DNA from: Cycas panzhihuaensis
Lineage: Eukaryota > Plantae > Cycadophyta
Length of the DNA: 64,000 nt
Assembly: GCA_023213395.1 (NCBI GenBank)
Contig: CM041465.1
Coordinates: 204,917,741-204,981,740 of the forward strand
Direction of reading: 5' to 3'
Under the pieces are notes generated by a model. That model was not told where the DNA came from. It did not search any database and saw only the letters and a list, made by a program, of their open reading frames with translations. The position numbers and the translations under genes are program-made. Below, in pieces: positions 14,246 through 27,399 of this stretch; position 1 is the stretch's first letter; each line of letters opens with the position of its first letter.

Positions 14246-15469
14246 GGTGATGATGAAGAAGTAGAAGAGATGAAGAAGTATGTGTCACTAACACGTGTGG
14301 CTAGTACACTTGGCGCAGTAGGGATATAGAAATGATTGTTATGACAAGAAGCAAGCAATGATTAAGTATTTTTCAACAATTATAAAAAAATGAATATAAG
14401 CACTAATGCAAGAATGAGGTCTAATGTAGAGTTAGCAAAGAGTGGTGATGTGTCATGCCACTAACCTCTCACTTATGTCCAAATGTAGGTGAGGTTTCGA
14501 TGCTTAAGGCTTCTAGTATACGATTAGGGCCTTCACCCGCGATACCTGCACCTGCGCTTGGTGATGAAATCCAAGTCACAGTGGAGCCCAAGTACTCCCA
14601 ATCCTCACCCAGTTCACCAATGAGCACCTATATACCTCCTTCGAAGAGTCAAATAGTACTACGTATCCCATGGCTATGACAAATATTGCATTAAGGTTTT
14701 TAGTTTTCCCAGGTGGTTATCAGGATTATCCCTAATTGGAGGCCGTAAGTATGGCTAATATGTCCCTCCACCACTATTCTAGTTAAGACCAGACCCAGTA
14801 TGAAACTCACACCTCCCTTAGAGCTTGGACTTCGGCCAACATTGATCTATTTCAACCAAGACGAGTGTGCACACAAGTCAAGAACTAGTAGTATAGATCG
14901 TACAAATGAGATTCCTTTTAGGAATACTGTAAGATGTTTTCGTATAACTGAAAACTGAAATGAAAAGTTACTAAATGAGCTTGCTTGCTTTTCATGTGTT
15001 TGAGAACATAAATACATACATGTATTCTCATACGTAGGATCTTTTACCATACACAGCAAGCACAATATAAAATATACACAGAAGATAGGCACAGAACACA
15101 GGATATATGTGGGAAACCCTTTCGGGAAAAAAACCCACCACAAAAGGATCCTCAAGGGATCATTGATTATTACACAATGAACTTGGATGATGAATATACA
15201 AGGCCTCAAGGCTTTTATACTCTCCCAGAGGTGCCACCCGATTAGGGTTGTGACCCTCCGAATAAGTCGCATCTTTTCGCTCACACCGTTTCACATAATT
15301 AAACCACATTAACATTAATTAAGTGGCTTAATAATTAACTGCCATGCTAACATCCCCCCTTAATGTGAATGTGGGGAATCTGCAACGTGCAGCAGTTAAG
15401 TTATCATGAAGGCTAGGACTATCCTGCAGCTTCTTTATCCTTGTTGATATATCCCCCCTCAAGGATAAC

Positions 15470-18400
15470 ATCGGTGAGTCCTAATCCGGTACGCATCTTC
15501 GTGAAATGGTCTTCAGTGAGAGGCTTGGTAAACACGTCCGCAAGTTATAATTCACTAAGACAATAGTCGACCTGCAGTTTCCCTGACTTGATCAACTCAC
15601 GAATGTAATGGTGTTGAATCTCAATATGCTTTGTACGCGCATGAAACTCTGGATTCTTTAACAGCCGAATGGTACTCTGATTATCAACAAAGAGAATATG
15701 ATGTCCATTAGAAATGCCAAGAAATTCCAAGAGACCTTGCAACCATACTGCTTCTTTCGCACGAGTACTGAGTCCTTAATATTCTGCTTCTGTAGAAGAT
15801 AGCGCCACTGTCTACTGCTTCTTCGACTGCCACGAAATAAATCCATTGCCAATACTAAACAGGTATCTAGCAGTGGATTTCTGATTATCAGAATCTTCTT
15901 CCCAATCAGCATCTGTGTAGCCATGCAACCTGATCTTCTCACCTCTGCAGTATTCAAGACCAAAATTGATTATCCCCTTTAGATATTTCAAAATTTGTTT
16001 TGTTGCCACCAAATGAGGCTCCTGTGGATTCTACATGTGGCGGGAAACCAATCCAATAGTGTATGCGATATCTGGCCTGGTATGAGTCAAATAAATGAGA
16101 CTCCCTACCAACTGACGATACATTGTACCATCTACAGAAGGTTTGGCCATATCCTTCTGCAATCTTGCGCCTTTGACACATGGTGTTGCAATAGGTTTGT
16201 AGTGTTGCATTCCAAATCTCTCCAATAGGTTCTTCACATACTGGGATTGCAACAACACGATCTTATCTTCCATCTGCCTGATCTAGATGCCCAAGAAATA
16301 GTGAAGTTTCCCAAGATCTGTCATGTTGAATGAAGCTCCCAAATTAGACTTGACTTCGGCTATAGCCTTGCTATGATTACCGCCGATGATTAGATCATCC
16401 ACATACACCACACAAGCAACTACAGAAGTCCCTCTTTTTTTCACATACAGGTTTGGGTCGAGTTCTGAAATTTTAAAACCTTTAGCTTTCAACTTAGCAT
16501 CCATCTTCTCATACTAAGCACGGGGTGCTTGTTTCAGGCCATAGATTGATTTTTTCAAATGGAAAACAAGATGCTTCTGGCCATCTTTAATGAATCCTGG
16601 AGGCTGCGACATGTATATCTCCTCCTTTAGATCCCCAATAAGGAATGCAGACTTAACGTCCATCGGGTGTAACTCCTAATCTAAAGCAACTACTAAGGAA
16701 ATGAGTAAGCAGGCCGTTGTCATTCTGGAGACTGGTGTAAACGTCTCCTCATAGTCAATTCCTTCTTTCTGCTTGAATCCCTGCGCAACAAGTTTGGCCT
16801 TATACTTGTCCACCTCTCCATTAAAGCGGAACTTTGTCTTATAGACCCACTTGCATCCAACAAGATTCTTCAATGGAGGTAGTGGAACCAAATCCCACGT
16901 ATCGTTCTTTATCAGAGAACCATACTCTTCCTCCATTGCAGCTCTACATCGTGGATCTCCTTTCGCTTCGACAAACAAATTAGGATCACTGGAGTCATCG
17001 GTATTGACTAGTAGAGTTCGACTGGCATGCTGACTTCTGGTTCGTCTATCATCAGTAAGAGTTTGCATCGCCACACCGGAATCTTCAAGAGTTTTCCTTA
17101 CCCATAAAGGTATAGAAGGACCCGTTGCTGGAGGTACTTCTACTAGTGGTGGTTCCTCACTATTACGCGTCCCACTTGGTCCTGCTTCCTCAGGTGCTAT
17201 AGTGACTGGCTCATCGTCCTCTTCGCTTGAAGAATCTAGGAATGAGAGAAGGGGAGGGTAAAAAGCTTCCTCTAATACTCTTTTAGCATGATATGTTGAT
17301 GACTCGTCAAATTTAACATCCTAACTAACCATAATCTTCTCCCCCTGTGGATTCCATAGACTATAAGTTTTGTTCTCTGTGCAATACCCCATGAATATGC
17401 ACTTCAGACTCTTTCGATCCAGCTTCTTGCGGGTATCATCAAGGATGTAGGCGTATGCTATACACCCAACGTTCTTAAATGACTAATGGTAGGCTTTCGA
17501 CTGGTCCATTTCTCTTCGGGGGTCATGCTGCGAACTGCCTGAGTGGGTACTCTGTTCAATATATAAATAGCAGTAACCACAGCTTCTGCCCAAAACTTTG
17601 GTGGCAGGTTTTTAGCATGCACCATACACCTTGCCATCTTCATCATGGTACGATTCTTTCTTTCAGCAACTCCGTTCTATTGTGGGGTATACGGGACCGT
17701 AAACTCCCGCTTTATACCATGGTTGCGGTAGAACTAATTAAACGCATGATTATCGTATTCCTTACCATTATCACTTCATAAAGTTTTTATTTTCTTTCCA
17801 CTTTCGTTTTCAACCATCACTTTCCAATAACAGAAGTGATCAAATACATCTAACTTGTTTTTGAGAAAATAAACCTAGGCTTTCCTAGCGTAATCATCCA
17901 CAAACATGAGTGTATAACGAGCTCCTGATATCGAAGGATTAGGAAGTGGTCCCATAATATCTGAATGCACAAGCTCCAGCTTCTCCTTGGCTCTCCAGGC
18001 GTTATCCCGAGCAAAAGGATAGCGATGATGCTTGTCATACATGCATCCTTCACATACACCATCTGAGCAAGTAACTGACGGCAGCCCATCCACCATCTTC
18101 AACCTCTTCAGCAGTGCAATACTTCTGTAATTAAGGCGCCCAAGGTGATTGTGCCACAGTTTACTCACGTCATCTGCACTGGCAACAAAGGCATAGGACT
18201 TCTTTGGAGATTGAAACTTCTCAAACACCCAGAAGTTATCCATGATTTTTCTGGTAGCTATGACTGCAAAATTCTGTTTTGGGTCCTTAATCATACACTT
18301 ATATTCATAGAGCTCCACTTTCATACCTTGTTTGTAGATCTCCTAGTAGACAGAAGGTTCAACTGCATCTTGGGTACATAGTATACCCTAGAAAACTTAC

Positions 18401-19415
18401 CTCCTGCAATGGAAATATCACCGATACCATCCACTGGCAATACACAGGCATCTCCAAGAACAATCTCAGCTCCACTCTGATTTGAGTTCAACTTATCAAA
18501 GATACGCCTCTGGTAAGAGATGTGCTTCTACACTCCAGAATCCAATACCCAATAGTCTCTCTGATTTGATTCGGCTGACAAGGTTTGTGCTCAGACGTAA
18601 TGGGCAGCAACACCCTTTCCTTTATCATCCTGGTTGCCTTTGCGTTTGTCACGATGCTTGAACCAACAGTTCTTCTCACGGTGACCATCCTTTTTGCAAT
18701 AATTGCACTTTCCATTAAACTTCTTCTTGTCTTGGGAGCTTTCTCCAGACCGTTGTGTGATCTTCTCCTCCTTCGGGGCCTCCTTCCGCTGAGTTTTCAT
18801 GGCTAAGGCCTGACTTGAATCGGATCCTCCAAGCAAACCATGATGTTTTAGCTTGGCATCCTCTGCTAGAATTAGGTTTTTAAACCCGTCAAAAGTTTCT
18901 GCCTCCATCACTTCGTCTCTACCATATATGGTCTGGAATGTGGCGAATGCAGTTGGCAGCTTCGACATGATTATCGCAAAGAGGAGCGCATCATCAATTG
19001 AATTCTGCTTTAACTCTTCTAACTTGTTCTTCAAGTCGGTTATCTTGTTCAGGTAGGAGCTGATGTTGTTCTCATCTTCGACTTTTGAATTGAGTAGTTC
19101 CAACATTAGAGCAAGATGCCTATTCGTCTTCTTCTTCTCAAAAGTATCACACAACTTCATCCAAATCTCAGCTGGGTCATCTAGATTGTGAACAAGGGCT
19201 TTCTGGTCCGGCCCTAGTGAAAGTTTCAGTAGCCCAACGGCCATAAATTACTTCTCTTCAAGTTTGATCCACTCCTTATAGTCAAGTGGGACCGACTCAA
19301 GTTTCGCCTTGGTGATTCCCCACAGTTGGTTCACCATTAGAATTAGCTCCATGTTAGCCTTCCATTCGCTGAAGTTGTTACCATTAAAGATAACCTTTGG
19401 CATAAGCTTCTCCAT
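15470..19415 (-). pseudogene. Copia C gag-pol pseudogene
   Basis: FNGNNFSEWK (Gag N-terminus), CNYCKKDGHREKNC zinc knuckle, WVLDSG protease, integrase LVHSDIMGP, RT VYVDDL, RNase H; many in-frame stops. Confidence 0.95.
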
Positions 19416-20097
19416 CTCGAATATCTGGCTACAGAATGAAGTACACAACACCAAACAGACGTATTAAGGACAAAAATGCACCCTTGTGACCTTCCTTTGC
19501 TTCATGAGCACACTTCCAAGGGACCCTAACACAGATTATGCTCACGTCACTTGAGCCACTGACTATAATTCTTCCCTTTTCTGTCAACAAACATCCTTAG
19601 ATGGTCATTAAACGTCACACTCGACACTCCAAATGACCAAAAAATGCTCGTTTTAGTACAAAGAAGGTACCACAAGATGACAGTGCACGGTCACAAGTCT
19701 CAAATACACACACAACACCTCGATCCATGCTTGAAATGGGTCAACAACGCTTCAATACTCCAAGTATTATCTTCAAATATCAACAAAAGTTCATATTTCA
19801 ACAGTGTAAAGGGTCACTTTTTATATTTTCACTTTGAGGGGAATATACCAAAAGGCATATTCCCAAAAAGTGTGACTTTTAATGAGATGCCTCTTATCAC
19901 TTACTCCACATGCCTTAAATCAACAACCAAATAGATTTAAATTATGCTAAGGTCTAAACTTAGCACTAAATCAACCAAAAAACATGTTGAGAAGTCACAC
20001 GGGATAGAGAGAAAGGACGCGGCTGTTAAGGAAAGCCGTTGGTTATCACGCCAAACACGCTATTTGTACGGCTGAATCATGCCCTGAATGCAGTCGT

Positions 20098-20306
20098 GCC
20101 ACTCTCAGAATGAGCCGAGTCAGAGAGAAACACGCCCGGCCACTCTAGAAAGGCACCCAATCAGGGAGAAACACGCCCAAAAATGGCTCAGCTATGAGTA
20201 TTAAGCACATAGCCAAAGAGAAACACGCCCAGCCACTCTAGAAAGGCACCCAGTCATGGAGAAACACGCTAAAAATGGCCCAGCTATGAGTATTAAGCAC
20301 CCAGCT
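20098..20306. repeat. Compound tandem repeat (about 92-bp unit x2 with GAGAAACACGC subrepeats) in the element C leader
   Basis: GCCACTCTAGAAAGGCACCCA and CAGCTATGAGTATTAAGCAC each occur twice; GAGAAACACGC occurs four times. Confidence 0.85.
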
Positions 20307-22786
20307 AACAATCTGTACTTTGGCTTTGTATATCTCTGTTGTTTTTAGTGCTATACATCGCTTATTTTATGTATACAAGTCTCCAAAATAGCCCAGCAAT
20401 GTCTTAACACACAGGTGCGGGCTCAATACAGTGAATTCATCCAAGGAGAGGGGTCACAAAAGCACAACAACTCAAAAAATATGAAGATCTACTATATACA
20501 ACACCTAAACCAAGTATAGCAGGGTGAAAATGATCCAAAAAACGCTCCAATCTCTCCCTTATATAGACTTGTAGGTAGATGACTCCAGAAAGTGCTCTTT
20601 CCTTATGAGTTTTATTGTGTTTTGATCAACTTACTTGTATACAAAGAAGGTTGTCCTCAAAGTCGCCAAGTCACCAACAGACCACGTTCTGCATGCCTGA
20701 ATATTGACTCTGATAACCCTTACACTTTGTTGAATAGTGATCTCTACTGCTCCAATAACTACTAATTTTCTATGCATGCTTCTGCACGATGCTGGAGTTG
20801 ATGGACCCTCAAGATTCGTCTTGGGTTAGACGGCATCACCTGGCAACCAACGATCCAATCTCCCCACTCACCGTTAAGCTTTAGCTGTGCAGGACTCTAA
20901 TGTTCGAGAACATAAAGACATACATGTGTTCTCATACGCAAGATCTTTTACCATACATAGCAAGCACAATATAAAATATACATAGAAGATAGGCACAGAA
21001 CACATGATATACGTGGGAAACCCTTTTGGAAAAAAAACCCACTATAAAAGGATCCTCAAAGGATGATTGATTATTACACAATGAACTTGGATGATGAATA
21101 TACAAGGCCTCAAGGCTTTTATACTCTCCAAGAGGTGCCACCCAATTAGGGTTGTGACCCTCCGAATAAGTCGCATCTTTTCGCTCACACCGTTTCACAT
21201 AATTAAACTACATTAACATTAATTAAGTGGCTTAATAATTAACTGCCACACTAACATCGTGCTTGCCTTATTGTTGTTGTTGCTTTTGTGATGCTTTATG
21301 CTATATGTGCAAATAGAAAAAGTATGCTAGATTTAGCAGGGGAACTGGATGTTGCTTCCGATCTAAGGTTTCCCTTGCTTTAGTACAATGTTTCTAAATA
21401 TGATTTTAGAAGTTTTTATATAAAATACATAATAGGCTAAAAAGTAGATCAACTTACCGCTAAAATATTGAATTTTCTAAATCTATATGCAAGTTATTTT
21501 GCCCTATTTTATGATTTTTTCACAAAATTTACAAATAATGATAAGTGAGCATAATTTTTTAAAAATTATAAATATGAAGGCCTAAATGATGAAATCTAAA
21601 TTTATGATAGAAGGAATAAGTGCTTAAAATATCATTTCTAATAGGGTTGTGAAGTCATATTTCTGAAAAGGCACAAAAAATTTTCTGCCTAAAAAAGCAC
21701 CAAAGTAAAATCCTTCCAGATCAACTATCGCAGAATCTGAACTTCAATATGTCAAAAGTTGTGTTTTGACATGTACATTAACTTTTATCTGTTCCATCTA
21801 CAAAATCTGCCAAAAAATTACCCAAACTGCCCTTACAATGTCCTTTGTGGGGTTGATTAGGCAAAATCAACAACCGTGAGAAAACTGCATAGATTTCACT
21901 AACTAATGGATAAAATTTGATGAGATTTATCTTAAACTGATCCTAAGACATAAATCTACCAGATCCCTTAATAAGACTTTCATATTTTTAGCTTATAATT
22001 AAAGGATTTCATTGGGAAAAGTGCTTTAAATCACTTATCCACAAATTTTACCCTTTTGTCACAGACAATACTCATTGTTTCAGGTTGAATCTAAAGTTTC
22101 TCTAGAAGACAAAATAATTCTCTACTCAATTCGACCTTGTATGCCAAATTTCATTAAAAGCTGAGATGGTCAATTTTTTTATGAAATTTTGGGCCTTTAA
22201 TGCTTCTGGGATTGTTCCGACAATTGAACAGCTTTAAAAACCTATAATTTTCACCTCTAAACTTTTGCACACATAGATAAAGTAACAACATACAAAATAC
22301 TATAATTTTAAGCACTCAAGATATTAAAAAATAATGAATGCACTCTCAATACTTCACATTGAAGGTGAAGGAGAGGCAAAAATGACTCCATGCAAGTGGA
22401 ATGAAGTGAATAGATCCCCTTCTAGCTCTGATACCACATGAAAGAAGGATGGATCTAGGAGATAAATCACTCACATGCACACAATGGCAATGGAGAATGA
22501 AAAAAAAGATAAAACAAGATATGAGAGCAAACTTGGAGGTGAGAGTGAATAATGACTCCCTCTTTGAGATTTTGCTTTTTATTCTTAAGGGTGATCATTA
22601 GGATTAGGATTTTACCGCCTAATGACATGAACTCAAAATTACATCTAAATGCACCTAAAGTGCATTTCATTAAGAGACTAATACTAACAATATATCCTAA
22701 GGTCACATAATTAATCTACACAAATGACTTTGATACATTAACCTCTTTCATACTTGTCTTGTTTGGCATAGATTACTCTATACTTC

Positions 22787-25700
22787 TTTTTTTGTTTTAT
22801 ACAAATCAAAATACCTCATATTATAGTTGGCTACTATGTTGTTAATGATTATCACATTCACACTATATTTAAATTGTAAATAGAGCATGAGTTAAAAATT
22901 TTTACTTCTTTCACCCTTTGACAATTAAGTATTTACAATCACTCTGCTCTTTACTATTAAGTTTCAACAAGGGAAATAATAATATAAAGGATAAAGAGTT
23001 AAATTTCAATAGATAGATACTCATAAAAGCCATGATCTTCACATGCTTAAATTTTAATAGAGCATTTATAACTTTATCATGCTTAGAAATTAATACATAT
23101 TTAGGCATCATCGCTTTTACACCTTGCTCATCTTGCACTCTACTCATGCCCTTCATAATTTATTTTGCTCGTCGAAGTGATGAGTGGTAAGGTGTTCATA
23201 CTTCTTTATTTAATGCTTTGCAACTTAGTGCCTTGCTAATGTCTTTTAAGTTATAATCATAATCTTCTTTTTATCTAACCACAAACTCATTAGTTGTGAA
23301 GTGTCTAATTAATCATCATATGGTATATATTAAACAATCTTGGTTTATCCCTTTTATTATAGACTCTCCCTACAAAGATCACAACTCATTCAAATCACCA
23401 TCTTTTTCTATTTACTACAAGTACACATAGGGTCCAAGTGTGAAATCCTCCAAATGTTGCCACATATACCCAAATCTAATGACCGTGCTTATCTCACCCT
23501 TCACTCCTTTATGACTTACATCTAACTTAACTTTTCTCCTATCACTCTAAATGAGCAAGAGTTTCTATCATAAACTCTCTTGGATATGGCCACATCTCGA
23601 GTAAATATATGATTGTGGTTTGCCTTGTATATTCTTTCCTCATTAATTATAATCTTAGGACTTTTATTTTCTTGGCATCCTACTTTAATGAGTATGTTTT
23701 TCACAACTTATTAGAATCTTACCATATGTTCTTCACCACCTCACAAATCAACCCCTCTCAAGTGACTCTCTCATAGAGTTCTCTTTTAAACATCACTTGG
23801 AGTAAACACTTAATCTATGAGGCCCATTCTAACAAACTTTATTAAACCTGTAACTTTTCACAGATACTATACACCAAATAGTCCAACATTTGTATAATGA
23901 TGCTTCTTTGCCTTTTCCATGACATACTTAAAACTAATAAGAAAAAATTTAGAGGCACTATTTAAAATAACAATAAGGACCAAAATACATGATTCAATCA
24001 AACCCAAATATAATCATCTTAATTTAAACCAATCAAATTGAAATTAATTCTCAATATCCACCAAGTGTTGTCATAATGGAGTTTAATCATATTATTGTCT
24101 TAAACAAAACTAATATTTCAATTATTCTTGGTCTTTAATAATCTACCACATACTTCACAATTTGCTTACAAGATAAGAATTAGAAAGAAAAATAATAATA
24201 AGAACTTGATGTGCTGTGTTTAGAGATTCAAAGATCATAAAAAGATATTTGCTTTGGTTAAATGATTCATACATATAAATTTGAAATGCACTAGTATATC
24301 ACACTATTTACTCTTTAATCATCAACTTCAAGGCCCACCAACCTTTTTAACCAAGGGGAACAATATGTGAATATGTTGATAACTACTTATCAAAATATGA
24401 AAGTACCTTCAAAATTCAACTTTGTTATAAAAATAGGTACATTAATCTTGGATCAATTATTTCTAACTAAAATGAGTCTAATATTTTATCTAAAGTGATC
24501 ACTAGCACTTTGCACACTCTTTTTGACTTGATATAAGCAAAACTACTAAATTTAGAGTACAAAGATATCATTACAATAACCATGTACAATTTAAAATGTA
24601 TCTAGCATCTATTTTCAAGTCATGAGACCATTATGCATAACAAATAGAGTCTCTTAACTCTTGATATTCAAGAAGATCGAACTGATGGTATCACCATCAC
24701 AATTAAATGGTATGCCTAAAAGGGTTCAACCATTTGAATAATTAGTTTTTCATCATCAACTTCCACTAGCATATCTACTTCCTTGAGTTGATCTTTTATG
24801 CCAATAACCACAATACCCCCACTAGTAGAAGGGGTTGATATAAATTCTTCCATTATTTGGGTATTTACTTTATTTACCTTGACCAATGTTGAAGGCCCTC
24901 CTAGTAATTTAGGATGACTTTGGTTCATTTCCTTTAGTAATTGATGGTTCAATCTCTCCTTTTCTCTTTACCTCTAATGTGAAGGCAAATTAATCTCTAA
25001 AGGCCATGGATAGATTATTTCTTATGATCAAATGATCTAACATTATCACCTAAAGAGGTTATGATTTTCACCTTTCTTAGATGTTAATAACCCTCTCCCT
25101 TAACTCATCTAGAATCATATACATTAAACTAGCCATGCCATCAATATTTTTGAATAGATTATTTACCTTAAGTATTTTCTTTGTGATCTCTAATTGCAGC
25201 TTGGTAAGGGATGATGGAGTTTTTCAAACCCATAATAACTTTCAAATAAGCATATCGTTTATTAATATTAATTTCCAAGTCATTTAATCCCCACTTATGT
25301 TTTTATTCCCAGCTATAAGTGTCAAGCTCCTTTTTTGCAACCTAATCTTAAACCCCTTCTTTACTAAATATTGGAGAAAATCCATAACATCCTATAGGAA
25401 ATTTATTGACAATCCCAAAGCATAATTTAATGGTTATTTGATCTTATTTAGAGTTATTAGTGTCTTGTTAACATTAGAATAAAGAGTAATGGCCTTTCTT
25501 CTTTATTTAACAATAGCTTGATATTCATTTATGAGATGATTATTGTGAGCTTCAATCAAACATGCAATTGCATATGTATCAATGGTTCACTCCTCCACGT
25601 TAGTCTTCTATTATTCTACTTCTATAATAAGTCGTTTTATTTACCCGTAATTATAAGTATTTTGAGAAGAGACACTAAGGGTGCAAGATGGACTAAAAGA

Positions 25701-26530
25701 AAATATGAGTTCTAAAGATTGAAGCCTCTAAGACATTTTTAACATTCTTGAGGGTAGCCATGACCAACTTTAAGTTTGTTAATACTTCTTATTTGGAGGT
25801 CTCTTTAATGTTAGCAAGTGGGAGGTTAATGATGATATATTTCTTTAAAATTTATGACTTTTCTTTGACATCTTCTAACTTAATTACCCAAGCAACGAAC
25901 TCTTCATGGAACCTTTTCCTAATTTCAACATTAATCAAGTAATGAAACCTTTTTTAATTAACCCTCAAGAATGTTTTAACCATACTTAAACCACATTTAT
26001 ACACATTTTATAAATATAATTATAATGAATTAGTTATTGATCAAAAATAACTCCTCGTAATCACCTCAAAATATACTAGCAACCATAAATTATAACAAGC
26101 TCCTAATAATAATATTGATTTGACTTTAAAATAACCGTTATCTTAAAGTATCTCTCTAATAATCACCTAGCATTGTTGCATATTAAATTATGATTCAAAT
26201 CAATCAGGAACTAAGAGAGAACACTAATTAAGTCATCGCAAAACATATTAACCTATAAAAGCCACTACCAGTTGATGACAAAATTGACTTACTTTTCAAA
26301 ATTACTCTTTAAGATACTAACTATTAACTTATTTTACGAAGTAGTAGAAATCTTTACTACACTTGACATCACATACCCAAATTTTAACCATATATATGTG
26401 TGTGATATATTAATCCAACCTCATAGTAATATTAATTTTCAAACCGAGGGAAAGGCAAAAAAACCTAACAATGGAGAGGTATTCCACCCCCAAGGGAAGG
26501 GAAATTCCATTTATAAATGGGTTCTATTTA
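22787..26530 (-). mobile_element. Degenerate, internally deleted L1-type LINE
   Basis: Minus-strand traces: LGIPF (about 24715), RLILVR (about 24470), C.P.KKVGG.EV (about 24340) and CDLCRES zinc-finger-like (about 23370). A T-tract at 22787-22799 fits a poly(A) tail. Confidence 0.5.
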
Positions 26531-27399
26531 CCACACTTAATATTAAATGTAAATGGGGTGATATAAAATGATGTAATACATACACCAACATTTATCAGTT
26601 TAAGAAATTAATATGTCGCCTTGCTTTGTATAGTTAACACATTTATATTAAAAAAAAAAAAATTAATTTCTTTTAATTACTTCCTCACAAGGATTTAAAA
26701 GCAATAATAGCTCTAATAGATAATAGAAAGCCCAATACCAAGAGTGATTACATATGGCATATCAAATTCAAAAGATTTTTGCATTGAAGTGAATATTATA
26801 AATAACTAATTAAATAAATAATGCGTAATTGCTTATCTTACACGCATGAGAAAAAGTTGGTTATGTTCAATGTAAGGTATATGATGTCAATGTCAATAAA
26901 GTTGATTCAATTCTACATTACATATATGTTTATTAGGAAAATTGACCTTGCTTGAACTTGGAAACATTACTTTAAATTTAAAGCATATTATTTCCCTCAT
27001 ACTTTGAGCCACGTGGTACAATAGCCTATTCAGGTGGATTTACCAAATGCATTTATTTTACAATGCATTTGAAATTCTAAACAAGTGTAGAAAATGACAC
27101 ATTGAAAACACATTTTATACATAAATTTGAGGAAGTTTCCTTTGTTAGTAGAGTTGATTTAAAATCAAGATTGCATGTTAAACAAACATTTATAAAATGC
27201 AATAACCATTAGTATGACCTTTATAAACTATTAAATATGTTAATGTTTTAGTTTGATTTATGCATGACTTTGCATAACATAATTAATGGAACTCCCATAG
27301 TAAATATGAATTGCATATGGATGTCCTTTGTCATTGAAGCTTACTATACAAAAGGTTCATTATTTTATGAAAAATACTCTTTAAATACATGCCAACACA

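Larger units (their letters stand above)
14997..21256 (-). mobile_element. Full-length Copia element C
   Basis: 356-bp LTRs at 14997-15352 and 20901-21256 (about 94% identical by eye), PPT at 15353-15361, TSD TCATG/TCGTG. Confidence 0.95.
9833..22737 (-). mobile_element. Copia element B (gag-PR-INT-RT-RH pseudogene, long 5' leader), interrupted by element C and truncated at its 3' end
   Basis: PBS GCTCTGATACCA at 22425-22436 next to an LTR edge at 22439 (outer LTR end uncertain). Leader at 21257-22424 plus about 14250-14996. Confidence 0.8.

Noticed and set aside
14847-15284. 145-aa ORF and similar ORFs over LTRs (20932, 43811, 49860, 54879)
   Set aside because: They lie within LTRs, have no domain, and are not conserved in frame between LTR copies
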